A stretch of DNA of 64,000 nucleotides from Octopus vulgaris (taxonomy: Eukaryota): positions 47,678,001 to 47,742,000 of the forward strand of contig OX597821.1 in NCBI GenBank assembly GCA_951406725.2, in the 5' to 3' direction. The position numbers and the translations under genes are program-made. The notes under the pieces are model-generated. The model was not told the DNA's origin, searched no databases, and saw only the letters and a program-made list of their open reading frames with translations. How positions within the stretch are numbered: the first letter of the stretch is position 1; the number at the start of each line of letters is the position of its first letter. This document shows, piece after piece, positions 30,923-43,219 of the stretch.

Positions 30923-31004
30923 ATATATGGAAAAAAAGTCAAGGTAGAAAATGCTAAAAATGTTTTTTATAAAGCCATTTTAGCATTTTCTACCCTGACA
31001 TTTT

Positions 31005-31012
<8 letters not shown>
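30923..31012. repeat. ~45 bp-arm hairpin abutting (TA)n
   Basis: atatggaaaa..gtcaaggtagaaaatgctaaaa / ttttagcattttctaccctgac.ttttccatat. Confidence 0.85.
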
Positions 31013-31044
<32 letters not shown>

Positions 31045-31179
31045 GTGCAATGAGGATATTCAAACCTTTTAATGGAATATGAATATTTATCCAAGATACA
31101 CTGATTTAATATATTATATCTCGAAGAGATATTTCTTTAATGAATATATTATATAAAATATTGTAAAATATCAAACATT

Positions 31180-32264
31180 GTTATTGAGTTAGAAAACAAG
31201 GAGATCTAATTGGATGCAAATTAATTTATTAATTAATCAACATATTCACTGACAATTGTTTCTTTTCACAAACAAAACTGAAATTACAAAACATATATAA
31301 ATATATAATTTTGCATTTTAAATACTTTGTATGAAAAACCATCAGGGTGTGCAGAGGAAAATAGGGATGTCATTAAGATACATTTGGAATACACAGAATT
31401 TATTGACATGTTTACCATGTGTGTATGTATACATGTGTGTGTGTGTATGCATGCATTAAAATTATTCCTTTTATTTCACTTCAATAATAACAAGAACACT
31501 CAGAGAGTACAAACCTTCACCAGGGCAACACTAACATCCTCTCGATGATTAGGCTGAGATGATTTTTAAAATGAGAATATCTTAAATAAACTTGACTGCT
31601 CTCACAAATGAAATTACTAAAAATGAACTCGACCGCTCTCAAAAATTAAGAAAAAACAAAACGGAAAAATAATCCAGAATCCTTGTCCAGTACCTGATCA
31701 ATCCCAATAGTAGTCATGGAGTGTGAAGGTTGCTGTAGAAATTTAGTAACAGTAATAAATAGTTTATCCTTATTCTAATACAAACCAAAGTTAACAAATT
31801 CACAATTCAAAATAGTTACAGCCTAAAGGGAGATAATTGAGAAAGACTTGAAAGTTAATTTGAGATCATAATCATGTAAATTAAAGTAAATATAACAAAT
31901 AATCCAGAATCCTTGTCTAATACTGGATCGATCCCAAAATCTAATCAGTTTCATGCCAGTCACAAGACCAAACATCCCTGAAAGTTTCATCCAAATCTAT
32001 CCAGCGGTTCTTGAGAGCTTGTCCATGGACTAACAAACAAACACGATTGAAAACAATACCTCTGCCTTCGCTAGCGGAGGTAATAATAATATTAATCATG
32101 AATGATGGGTTATTATATAAGGGTAAGGTAATATAATGAATAAAAGAAAGCAAAAATGAAATAAAATTTATGTTCATGAAATAAAATAAAGTAAAAGTGA
32201 AACAAAATTTATACTCATGTCTGTATAACTGTGTATGTATCTGCTTATATATATGTATATATAT

Positions 32265-32301
<37 letters not shown>

Positions 32302-32903
32302 CACAACAAGTGTGTATGTCAATACTTTTTACATCAATATGCATGTGTATTGGTATATATGTTCCTTCATAATTTGCTTCTTTAGGAAAATAGATTAATT
32401 TATATATGAGCAAAAATAAAGTAATGATAAGATGAAAATGAAATAGAATAAAAAATAAAAAAATATAAAAATAATAAATAAAATAGAATAAATGTATAAT
32501 AAAATAAAGTAAAAATAAAATAAAATAAAATAAATGAAATAGAATGCACAAAAGTGAAATAAATTGTAATCGCAATAAATCCTTGTTCATGATTAATGTT
32601 ATGATTATTACTGAAATGAAATAAAAGGAATAATTTTAACGCATCTGTACACACACATTCTTATACATACACACATAATAAACATGTGTAGATATTCTGA
32701 ATATTCCAAACATATCCTAATGTAATCCTTACTGTCCTTTGTACACCCTGATGATTTTCCATACAAGGTATAAATGCAAAAATATTTATATATGTCTTGT
32801 AATTTCAATATTGTTTTGTGAAATGAAACAATTGTAGGTGAATATGTTGATTAATTAATAAATTAATTTGTATCCATTAGATCTTGTTTTCTAACTCAAT
32901 AAT
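31180..32903. mobile_element. Large inverted repeat (arms ~31180-31490 plus 32081-32115 / 32575-32903), Penelope pLTR-like, hammerhead motif in each arm
   Basis: ORFs 31327(+) and 32608(-)/32400(-) mirror each other; CACC-CTGATGA..GAAAC-AATT-GTA-GGTG at 32744-32840. Confidence 0.8.
31489..32083 (+). mobile_element. Helentron-associated non-autonomous element (HINE/DINE-1-like) inserted in the left arm
   Basis: 5' aacaagaacactcagagag.acaaaccttcaccaggg; aagtttcatccaaatc.atccagcggttc; (CAAA)n; terminal hairpin tacctctgc..gcggaggta; internal ~40 bp direct repeat at 31667/31897; flanks rejoin to match the right arm. Confidence 0.7.
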
Positions 32904-32912
32904 ATATATATA

Positions 32913-33074
32913 GGCACAGGAGTGCCTGTGTGGTAAATAGCTTGCTAACCAACCACATGGTTCTGGGTTCAGTCCCACTGCGTGGCATCTTGGGCAAGTG
33001 TCTTCTGCTATAGCCCCGGGCCGACCAGTGCCTTGTGAGTGAATTTGGTAGACGGAAACTGAAAGAAGCCTGTC

Positions 33075-33132
<58 letters not shown>

Positions 33133-33344
33133 TTGTGTATCTGTGTTTGTTCCTCTAGCATTGCTTGACAACCGATGCTGGTGTGTTTACGTCCCCGTCA
33201 CTTAGCGGTTAAGCAAAAAGAGACCGATAGAATAAGTACTGGGCTTACAAAAAGAATAACTCCCGGGGTCGATTTGCTCAACTAAAAGCAGTGCTCCAGC
33301 ATAGCCGCAGTCAAATGACTGAAACAAGTAAAAGAGTAAAAGAG

Positions 33345-33346
<2 letters not shown>
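32913..33346 (+). mobile_element. tRNA-SINE family A, full length
   Basis: Head to (AGTAAAAG)n tail; matches other copies. Confidence 0.9.
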
Positions 33347-33384
<38 letters not shown>

Positions 33385-33400
33385 TGTGTGTGTGTACGTA

Positions 33401-33938
33401 TTACTGTGATGGTTTTGTCAAGCAGCATCAATTTTTGCAATTCTATAAATGATAATATTAGTATTTTATAAGCTTAAAGCTTATAAGCAATCACCACACA
33501 ATGACTAAAGAAAATAGTCTAATAATGGGGCTTATAAGCCCTCGACAGAAAAAAGTAGGTTTTCCTATAAGCGTGGGACTCAAACCCACACTTTTTTGCT
33601 TACACGACCAAATGTGCTACTGTTACACCAATGCACAGAATTGTAAAATATCAACACAGCTTATCAAAACCATCACAGTAAAAGCACATGAAAGTTTGTT
33701 TACAAAAACAACTAATTATAGTCCTTAATTCTGACAGAAAAAATGCAGGCTTGTGCATTGGTATAATGGTAATGCACTTGGTCATGTAAACAAAGAGGTG
33801 TGGGTTTGGGTCCCACGCATACGGGAAAAACCTACTTTTTTCTGCCAAGGGCTTATATGCCCCATTATTGGACTATTTTCATTAGTCATTGTGCAGTGAT
33901 TGCTTATAAGCTTTAAGCTTATAAAATACTATTATTAT
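33401..33938. mobile_element. Inverted pair of ~190 bp tRNA-headed units (33449-33637 / 33751-33938)
   Basis: Arms pair throughout; each has A-box tggt.taa..gt, gtc.tgtaa.c and B-box ggtttg.gtccc. Confidence 0.75.
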
Positions 33939-34120
33939 TATATACAGATATACATACATACATACATACATACATATCATCATCATCATCATTTAGCGTC
34001 CGCTTTCCATGCTAGCATGGGTTGCTATGCTAGCATGGAAAGCGGACGCTAAATGATGATGATGATGATAATATGTATGTATGTATATCTGTATATAATA
34101 ATAATAGTATTTTATAAGCT

Positions 34121-34122
<2 letters not shown>
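33915..34122. repeat. Palindrome centred ~34022, built from an RTE tail, microsatellite and flank
   Basis: (cat)n-ttagcgtccgctttccatgctagcat / atgctagcatggaaagcggacgctaa-(atg)n, extending into mirrored flanks. Confidence 0.9.
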
Positions 34123-34189
<67 letters not shown>

Positions 34190-34195
<6 letters not shown>

Positions 34196-34457
34196 TAAAA
34201 ACAGCTAGTTGCAATGTTATACTGTAAAGGAAAACTATAGCCGTCAACTAAACTTGACTAAGAGTGTCAAGACACCTACATTGCTAGAAATAAGAGCTAA
34301 AATGGTCCAAAGCCGTTATAAAGTGCGTAACACATATTCTGATAGGGAATGCGATCACCCCGAACACTATATACGTTATGTGGTTTGTAACAGCATTGGA
34401 GCATTTTAGCTTCTATTTCTAGCAATGTAAGTGTTATTCACACCCTTAGTCAAGTTA
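34190..34457. mobile_element. Fold-back element H2 (arms 34251-34331 / 34375-34456 plus ~60 bp tail) between TA tracts
   Basis: aacttgactaagagtgt..tacattgctagaaata..gctaaaatg / cattttagc..tatttctagcaatgta..cacccttagtcaagtt. Confidence 0.75.
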
Positions 34458-34569
34458 TATATATACACACATGCATATATATGTATGTATGTATACATAT
34501 CTATATATATGTATGTATGTGTGTGTGTGTGCATATATGTATATATATACATATATATATTTATATAGA

Positions 34570-34680
34570 TTTGACTGGGCCTGATGAAGCCTCCTGGCTT
34601 CACAGACCCCAGTAGAACCGTCCAACCCATGCTAGCATGGAAAACGGACGCTAAGCGATGATGAGGATGATGATGATGAT
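34570..34680 (+). mobile_element. RTE 3' tail fragment
   Basis: Matches 8985-9087. Confidence 0.85.
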
Positions 34681-34684
34681 ATAT

Positions 34685-36800
34685 ATTAGACAAGAACAGA
34701 TAACAAAGCCAAGGCTGTGTGGAGTTTACAGGACATCTAGAAGGAAAGAGATATAGTCTTACAGCTGTTTCTGGGATATTACAGATATTCCTTTATCATG
34801 TAAATGTTTGAGTTTGAAATAAGGAAATTAATATGGAAAAGGAGGAGATAGGGAAAATAAAGGGAAATAAGAGAAGAAAAGTAGAAATAACATATAAAAT
34901 ATTGTCGTTGCAGTTCCATTATTCAAGTAAAGTGATGTATGGAAGTGGTAAAAAAAAGTTTCCTGTACATGGTACTCTTTACTCTTTTACTCTTTTACTT
35001 GTTTCAGTCATTTGACTGTGGCCATGCTGGAGCACCGCCTTTAGTTGATCGACTCGACCCAGGGACTTATTCTTTGTAAGCCCAGTACTTATTCTATCGG
35101 TCTCTTTTGCCGAACCGCTAAGTGACGGGGACGTAAATACACCAGCATCGGTTGTCAAGCAATGTGAGGGACAAACACAGACACACAAACATACACACAC
35201 AAACATACACGCACACACACACATATATATATACATATATACGACGGGCTTCTTTCAGTTTCCGTCTACCAAACCCACTCACAAGGCTTTGGTCGGCCCG
35301 AGGCTATAGTAGAAGACACTTGCCCAAGATGCCACGCAGTGGGACTGAACCCGGAACCATGTGGTTGGTAGGCAAGCTACTTACCACACAGCCACTCCTG
35401 CGCCTATGGTATGTAAGTTCTGATAGTAGTTCGTGTTTAGTCATTTCAAAGTATGGAACTGAGGATTCTGTGTTGCCCATTCGAAGGAGTTTTGTGGGGT
35501 GAATGAAAATTTGAGAATGTATTGGTTGTATTTGTGGATGATTGGGGTGGGGAGGTGTATATGATTAGAATGAGGAGATGGGTTAAAATGAAGAGAGGAA
35601 GGGAAAATGAGAAGAAGAAAGAAAGAAAAAGGATACAAGAGTAATGATAATAAAAAGAGAGAGAAAAGAAGAGGAAGAGAGAGGAAAAATGAAGAGCGGA
35701 CGACAGAGGTGAGAAAAGGAGTGTTAGTTAGTGGTCAAGACAATGTGAGGGGAGGATGGGACAGGAATGGGTAGGGGTGAATAGGATGAGATGAGAAGGT
35801 AAGGAGTGAATAAGTGTGAGATATATGAGTAGGTGTGATATAATAGGGCTGTATTAAGGAATGGGTAGAGAAAAAGTATGGGTGGGGGTGATGCCAAAGT
35901 AAGTAGTATTAAATGACTGAGATCCTTAAAGTAAGACAGGGGAGTTAAAGAATTAAAGATTAATAATTAAAATGGAGATAAGGGAAAGTCAAGTGGGGTT
36001 GTTAGATTACCTAAGGGATGTTGTGGATAAATGCTGTGAGGTTATTTAGGTTGCATTTAGTAGTAAAATTTAAAGTGGAGCAAAGAATACAAGGATGTCA
36101 AAATTTCTATAAATAGATGTATTTGATAGGTTGGTGTGATAGGTAGGAATCAGATAGGAGGAAAGAAGGTATAATGACATATGTACACTCACACCCACGT
36201 ACATATACATGTGTGCATATGCATACATACATACATATACACACATACATACTTATATATATGTATATATATACATACGTTCACATATACACATATACAT
36301 ACACATGCATGCTCACACGCATCCATAAAGCATTCATACATGCATATGCGTGCACATACATATACATGCATACGCACATATATATGTGCAGGTGCACTTG
36401 CATTTACACATAGTCACATGCACACATATATGTAGGTACTTACATATACTTATATACACATACACACATTCATATATATTTGTATATATATATATGCATG
36501 TATATATATACACACACACACATACATGCATATACATATATATACATATATGTACCCACATACATATACATACATACACAAAAACACATGCACACACATT
36601 TACTTACACACATGTGTCCGCTTGTCTGTTCAAATATGTAGTATTAAATGACTGAGATCTTTAAAGTAAGATAGGGGAGTTAAAGAATTAAAGATTAAAA
36701 ATTAAAATGGAGATAAGTGAAAGTTAAGTAGGGTTGTTGGGGATTACCTAAGGGATGTTGTAGATATATGCTGTGTGGTTATTTAGGTCGCATTTAGATT
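34685..36800 (-). mobile_element. Probable 3' region/pLTR of the Neptune element, with a ~158 bp direct repeat (35903-36060 / 36639-36797) and a degenerate hammerhead (34755-34800)
   Basis: Follows the GIY-YIG ORF; minus strand reads atgataa..ggaatat/atatccc..GAAAC-AGCT-GTA. Confidence 0.55.
34973..35404 (-). mobile_element. tRNA-SINE family A, full length, possible TSD atggta
   Basis: Matches other copies; CpG retained. Confidence 0.9.
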
Positions 36801-37724
36801 TGTGGTAAAATTTGAAGGTATGAAAAAAGCGGTGGTTGCATGTACCTGGGGCTTCATTATATTTATTTCGTAGTGTCGAGGAGTTGTGTTTTAATATGTG
36901 GAATGCCTCTTTTAGGCATAACTTACAGGCTAAGTGTTAACCTTGGTATGGAAGCCCTCAATCTATTATGGACCATGACAAAATGTAGGGAATATTTCTA
37001 TTTCTGAGACGATGTATGTGATTGGCAAGTGTTGTGGATTTACTGTGTTTCTCGTATCTAAAAGAATTGAGATGAGCAGCATATTGCTGTTTAAGATTTA
37101 TGGCTGACCCTATATATATATAGCTGTAGAATTGTGTAAGTGTTGAGGACGGTGCATTTATAAATTACATTAGATCTTCTTCAATGGGTTTGTAGAGGAC
37201 AGGTGGACCCAGGACAAAAGTTACAAGTGGGTGTATTATGGGGATTATTTTCAAGAATGGAAGAGGTAATAGTGTCCAAGGGGAGGTTAGAGATAGGAGT
37301 AGAAATGTCCAAGTTATTATTATTATTATTATTACTATTATCATTATTATTGCTATCGTTGTTGTTAATTATTCTATCTGTAATGGTGGTTGAAATTGTG
37401 GTAGTATTCTGGATAGTGTTAGTAGGATAGTTTAGGTTATGGTTGTGGGCTGACATAGGGGTCAATGTTAGAGCTGTGTACATGCTGGGCGCTCATGTAT
37501 TCAGAGTTGTTATAGTGTGAGTTTTGATAGTAGAGAGAAAGCTTTTGCTCATTAGAGGCTACTATGATAGACCCAAAATTAGGTGGGGTGGAATAGAATA
37601 TCTTCATGGTAGATCTATTAAAAATAGAATAATATTTATGTTGATGAGGGAAGTTGGAGTTTAGTATATTAAAGAAGGATTTAGCTAAGTTTTTAATGTT
37701 TAGTGAGAAGGTGGGTGTATACCA
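36800..37724 (-). pseudogene. Penelope-like (Neptune-type) ORF C-terminus: linker, Cys motif and GIY-YIG endonuclease
   Basis: WYTPTFS..NFPHQHKYYSIFNRSTMKIFYSTPPN; CNFCPGSTCPL; NVIYKC..YIG..HLNSF..STTLANHI..WSII..CKLCLKE..CNHR, with frameshifts and stops. Confidence 0.85.
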
Positions 37725-38557
37725 GAGTGAAAGGTAGACTGTATGATGCCTGTTTGCAAACAGCCATGCTATATAGCAGTGAAGCATGGGCTGTGACTGC
37801 TGAAGACATGTGTAGGCTTGAAAAACAATGAAGCTACTATGCTTTGCAGGATGTGTAATATTAAGGTGCATGCACAACAGAGTGTAAGCACTCTGAGAGA
37901 AAAGTTATCAGATGTTGTGCGCAAGATAGACGACTGTAGTAGTATGGTCATGTGATGTGTATGAGGAAAGCTGTGTAAAGAAGTGTCACACCTAAACAGT
38001 GGAGGGAATCTGTGGAAGAGGTAGACCCAGGAAGACCTGGAATGTGGTGGTGAAGCACGACCTTCAAACATTGAGCCTCACTGAAGCAATGACAAGCAAC
38101 TGAGACCTTTGAAGATATGCTGTACTTGAGAAGATCTGACAAGTCAAATGAGATTGTAGTCATGGCTGATGCCAGTTTCGCATAACTGGCCCGTTTAAAA
38201 GCACCCTTCAATTGTTGGGTGATATGTCATGCTTGTGAAATTGTTGTCATGGCTGCAACCAAGTACTGCCTGACTGGCTCCTGTGCTGGCACCACATAAA
38301 AAGCACCATTTGAGTGTGGCCAATGTCAGTGGCACCTGACTGACATCTGTGCCGGTGACACATAAAAAAACCACCATTCCAGCATTGCTGATGCCAGTGC
38401 CACCTGACTGGCATCCATGCTGGTGGTATGTAAAAGGCATCATTTGAGTGTGGGCAATGCCAGTGCCACCTGACTGGCACCCATGCCAGTGGCACATAAA
38501 AAGCAATATTGGAGCATGGCTGATGATTATGATGATGATGATGATGATGATAGTGAT
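37724..38557 (+). mobile_element. RTE LINE 3' part with tandem-array UTR and GAT tail
   Basis: GRLYDAC..AMLYSSEAWAV..VEGICGRGRPRKTW; gtgcca..ggcac units. Confidence 0.85.
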
Positions 38558-38639
38558 GTGTGTGTGTGGGGGGGGAGTCAAGGTGTAAAGGTGTTGTTAG
38601 CACATGAAGCAGAACTAGTGAGAGGGGCTATATTGCAAG

Positions 38640-38992
38640 AATTTCTGGGTTCAGTCCCACTGCGTGGTACCTTGAGCACATGTCTTCTACTATAGCCTTG
38701 GCCGACCAAAGCCTTGTGGGTGAATTTGGTAGATGGAAAATGAAAGAAGCCCATCATATATATATGTATATATGTTTGTATATATTTGTGTGTCTGTGTT
38801 TCTCCCACGATCATTGCCTGACAACTGATGTTGGTGTGTTTATGTCCCCGTAACTTAGCAGTTCAGCAACAGAATAAGTCATAGGCTTACAAAGAATAAG
38901 TCCTGGGGTCGATTTGCTTGACTAAAGGTGATGTTCCAGCATGGCCACAGTCAAATGACTGAAACAAGTAAAAGAGTAAAAGAGTAAAAGAA
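38640..38992 (+). mobile_element. tRNA-SINE family A, head truncated
   Basis: Matches other copies; (AGTAAAAG)n tail. Confidence 0.85.
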
Positions 38993-38999
38993 TAATCCC

Positions 39000-41470
39000 C
39001 CAAAAATAGTGATGTGTCAATATATTAGAGAAGACCAGGATGAAATGCCTCCAAGCCTGAGATATGTAGACTTGTGTAAGGTAAAAGCAGAAACCAAAAA
39101 ATGAAATTCTGTTCTTGGACTATTTCAGAAGGGAAATATGATTGAAACCAACAAAGTTATCGATGTTGCAACGTAAGTTACCATGGAGAGAGTTGCATAC
39201 AAAAGAAGAGAACAAACAGAACGGAAAGAACCATATTAGCATAACCAAATTTATGAGAAACAGAGTTGAAAATGGATTTGGGACAAGTTGATAGATGGGG
39301 AAAAGGGGAATTGCAGAATGAAATCATAAAAATAAGGCTGAAAAGAATGTATACAATAAAAGATAAAGGATATGATGTGGTATTGGAAGAATCAAAACAA
39401 AGAGAGCACAAGCAATCAATGCAAAATTGTAAAGATACGACAACAGAACAAAACGATTCAAGCAAAAGAGATTGCTTGAAGCCAATCAGTGAAAGCTGTT
39501 TGAGGAATTAGATGGACAATTACATCAAACATTGGTACCTGACGCAAATGAAAGCAGAACTTTGTAGGATGGGGATTTGGGATCAACATGCAGAACATAA
39601 TGATAACGCTGAGTGGCTGCATGAAATCCAAAGTAGGCTCAGAAATATACAAGGTCAAGACAACATAAAAATAAATGACAGAAATGATAAAAAGGCAGAT
39701 AAGTAAAATATTAAGTTGTAAGAGCTCAGGGCTGGACAGTGTACAAAGATACTGGATGAAGGAAATGAGAAGGCACCATAAAAGTATAGCAAAACAGCTG
39801 GATAGATGCTTGCAGGAAGGCTTAGTTCCCAGTTGGATGACAAACAGAAAGACATTGTTACCATAGACACCAGTGTACAGGACTGAATTTGAACTTTAAA
39901 AAAAATCACTCCAGAATTAGGGGTTATCTTATACACTCCATATAAAAGCTGAACCATAACTTCCTGTGGTTTAGAGTAATGCCGATGTCAATGGAGAACA
40001 GTGTAAATCACTTGCATAGATCCTATGGTTCTACAGCACAGTATTTCCTACTGACACATGCACATATCAATGGAGAACACCGTAAAATACTCACATAGAT
40101 CCCCTACTGTTCTACAACTCAGTATTTTCTACTGATACTCACGTGTATGTTTGAGAAGATGGATTAATAGTAAGATTATATTAAAATAACAACACAGCAA
40201 ACTTAGCAGACAGACACCAGTCACCATTTACAATAGCTGATGAACAGAAAATGCAAACAATCAGTCCATTTAGCCTGGTCCCAGGGTCCATTTTGTTTAC
40301 ACTGCATTGTGTTAGGGCTTTCAAGGCAAGTGCAGTTTATAGTAATTAACCTACCTGTTATGGCAGATTAGCAGTATGCACTGATACATTCTGTGACTGG
40401 CCAGTTCATGTCAGTCAGACCAATCACAATAAACCTTACAGTTACCAGTTACTTTTAAACATTTACAGACAAGGTTTCTTGAAAAAGGCTCAAGTTGTCA
40501 CTCTTTCATAAGCAGTAGTACTCTCACAGGGTGAACATTAATTCCCAACAACTGTAAAACCCCTTAATGTCTCCAAGTGATAAATGAAAGAAATATGAAG
40601 CTGCTTTTAAGCTGAAACTGGTAGCGTATGCCAAGTCCCACAACTGTGCTACTATGATAGAATACAATGCAACCGAGAAGGTGGTATGAGTTTGGAGATT
40701 AAAGGAAGACTTATTAAGGAATATACCTAGGACAAAATGTGCAATGAGAGGAGGCACTGCATGCTGGCTGATTCTAGAGACGCATGTAGCAGACATGGTC
40801 TGTGACCTGTGTCAAAATGGATACATAATTTCAAGAAATAAACAACAGGGTCACCCAACAACTTTAGCTATGAACCTCATACCTTCGGTGCTTGAGTTAT
40901 TTTCCAAGAAAACTTGGAATAGTCTTATACAAGTATAAGTCAAAACCCACTTTTTAAATGGAAATCCTGGGGGGTTGTCTTGTAGAGCCAGTTGTATTAT
41001 ATGCTGGCATATATAGTGTGTGTCAAGGGACTTAAAAAGGGTAACATTGTATCGAACTTCCAACCGATAACATGATTTCTGCTAATGTGGAAACTGCTGG
41101 CAATTATTTTGGGAGGTGAGTTGTATGGACACCTAAGAAAAAGTGGGCAGCTACTAATCAAACAGAAAGAATATTAAAAAAGGGGCCAAGGAATGAAAAA
41201 TCAGCTATTAATTAATAAGCTAATCATCAGAGAGGCACACAAATCTGAGCCTGGCATGGATTGATTATTGTGACGCATATAATATGATACCACACTCATG
41301 GATAACAAGAACTATGGAAATGTGTGGAGTTTCAGAAAACACAAGAAGCCTAATATGGAACAGAAGGAAATATTGGAGAACTGAATTGACAGCTGGGAAT
41401 CATGGATTGGTAGAAGTGAAAATTAGGAGAGAAATCTTCCATGGGGACACTTTAACCCCATTGATAATCC
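39000..41470 (+). mobile_element. R4/Dong-like LINE remnant split by a pogo-like insertion
   Basis: KSSGLDSVQRYWMK..LQEGLVPSWMT before 39865; AWIDY.DAYNMIPHSWI..RREIFHGDTL after 41080. Confidence 0.8.
39866..41019 (+). mobile_element. pogo-like (POGK/Brinker-DBD type) DNA transposon remnant
   Basis: YEAAFKLKLVAYAKSHNCA..EYNATEKVV; subterminal cttatac..gtataag / ggggttgtctt motifs at both ends. Confidence 0.6.
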
Positions 41471-41479
41471 TATTTCTTT

Positions 41480-41683
41480 ATTACCCACAAGGGGCTAAAC
41501 ATAGAGGGGACAAACAAGGACAGACATAGGTATTAAGTCGATTACATCGACCCCAGTGCATAACTGGTACTTATTTAATCGATCCCGAAAGGATGAAAGG
41601 CAAAGTCGACAAGTTCAGCGGCAGACGAAATACCACTAAGTATTTCGCCTGGCATGCTAACAATTCTGCCAGCTCGCCGCCTT
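41480..41683 (-). mobile_element. SINE family C (Meta/Sauria-like central domain)
   Basis: Reverse complement gtcgactttgcctttcatcctttcggg.tcgat.aaataagtaccagtt; degenerate relatives near 24640, 47530, 50150 and 54950. Confidence 0.65.
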
Positions 41684-41779
41684 TGATAATCCATTCTATT
41701 AAAGACACAAAACCTGAAATTTTGGGGGACAGGGATAGTCAATTACAACAGCCCCAGTGTTTTGATAACAATGATGATA

Positions 41780-42306
41780 ATATGCCCTGATGCAATACCA
41801 GGCAGTGGCTCTCTGATTGGAAGTGTTAACACCATTAACATGTACATCATTTGTCTTGATGTAAAAGATGGCCTACATGAAATATTCTGCTCAATACTAC
41901 AGATTTGCTTGTCATTTGTTTGACATTAACCAGTTGAGCATCTTTCTTAGTTGTTGATGACTACCCATCTGATAAGGTTACACCAGATACATGCATCACA
42001 ACCATATGGGTGTGACATGGTAATTTTATATCAAGATAAACAGTGCATGACCTTACAGATGGGAGTCCAGTTAGAACTTTCTTCAAGTGGAGCAGCCCTT
42101 TCTGCTCAAAGGGTCCCTGAATAAGGTTTATTTAAGGATGAACGAAACACCCCAATTCAAACCCCAATTCCACTCAATACATGATCAGAAGCACACATAT
42201 CATCAACAACTAAGAGAGATGCTCAACTGGTTAATGTCAAACAAATGACAAGCAAATCTGTAGTATTGAGCAGAATATTTGATGTAGCCCATCTTTTACA
42301 TCAAGA
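41780..42306. repeat. Repeat element with a ~107 bp near-perfect inverted duplication (41854-41960 / 42200-42306)
   Basis: Arms differ at about three positions; 240 bp spacer. Confidence 0.9.
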
Positions 42307-42414
42307 GGTGATTTTGTGTTGTGTGAGGGAAAGGTTACAGTGACACAAATACAGGTGTCTTGCTGTAGAGGAAGTGAAAAATTACCTGGCCAGAGGAAAT
42401 ACAAGGTTACCTAG

Positions 42415-43212
42415 CCAATCAATAAGTATCTGGACTTGTGCTGTAAAAACAAAACAAAACTTCATGTACCAATTTGGCATTTCATCTCCTTCAAAGTAGT
42501 CCTCTTTGGAAGCCACACACTTAATCCAGCACTGTTTGCATTGATGGAAGCATTCCTGGAATTTGTTTTCTGGGATAATCAACAGCTGCCTTGTTGCAAT
42601 CACTTTGATTTCCTCAACATCCTGAAATCTTCTTCCTTTCAAGTGGGATTTGATTTTTGGAAAGAGGAAAAAGCTGCAAGGGGTGAGATCTGGGGAATAC
42701 AGTGGCTGTTGGCTCTGAGTAATGCTGTGCCTTGCCAGAAATTGCTGCACAAGCTGCACTGAACGGGTAGGTACATAGTCAGCTGAAAGCAGTTTTGGCA
42801 CAAACTTTGAAGACACGCATCTCATACCTAAATCTTCAATAATGATGGACTGAACTGAACCATAACTAATCTGCACATCTTCTGGTAACTCAAAGATGGT
42901 GATTCGACAATTTCCCCTCACAGCTGCATGCACATCTACGATGTTTTTCTCAGTTCTCTTGCCTGTATGGTCATGCAACGTTCGTTGATATCTACATTTT
43001 TTCAATTCATACACTTTCTGCAACTTTGCACAGGTCTCTGAGCAGGTATCACCAAGCTTGCAATGATCACACACTACACACATTCCTTTCCAGCACTGTT
43101 GTAAACAACAGAAGTGAGCTAGAATGTTAAAACTTAGTGCTCATGCACAGCAGAGTTCAAGGTCAATTTGTGCAAAGCAGCTTCACTCTGTATGCTTTAG
43201 CTTCGTTACTAT
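42415..43212 (-). mobile_element. Mariner element with an in-frame internal deletion of the transposase
   Basis: ORF 42382-43083: HTH region, SKFVPKLL, then directly ..LYSPDLTPCSFFLFPKIK..GRRF..EDYFEGD. Confidence 0.88.
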
Positions 43213-43219
43213 TTTTTTT

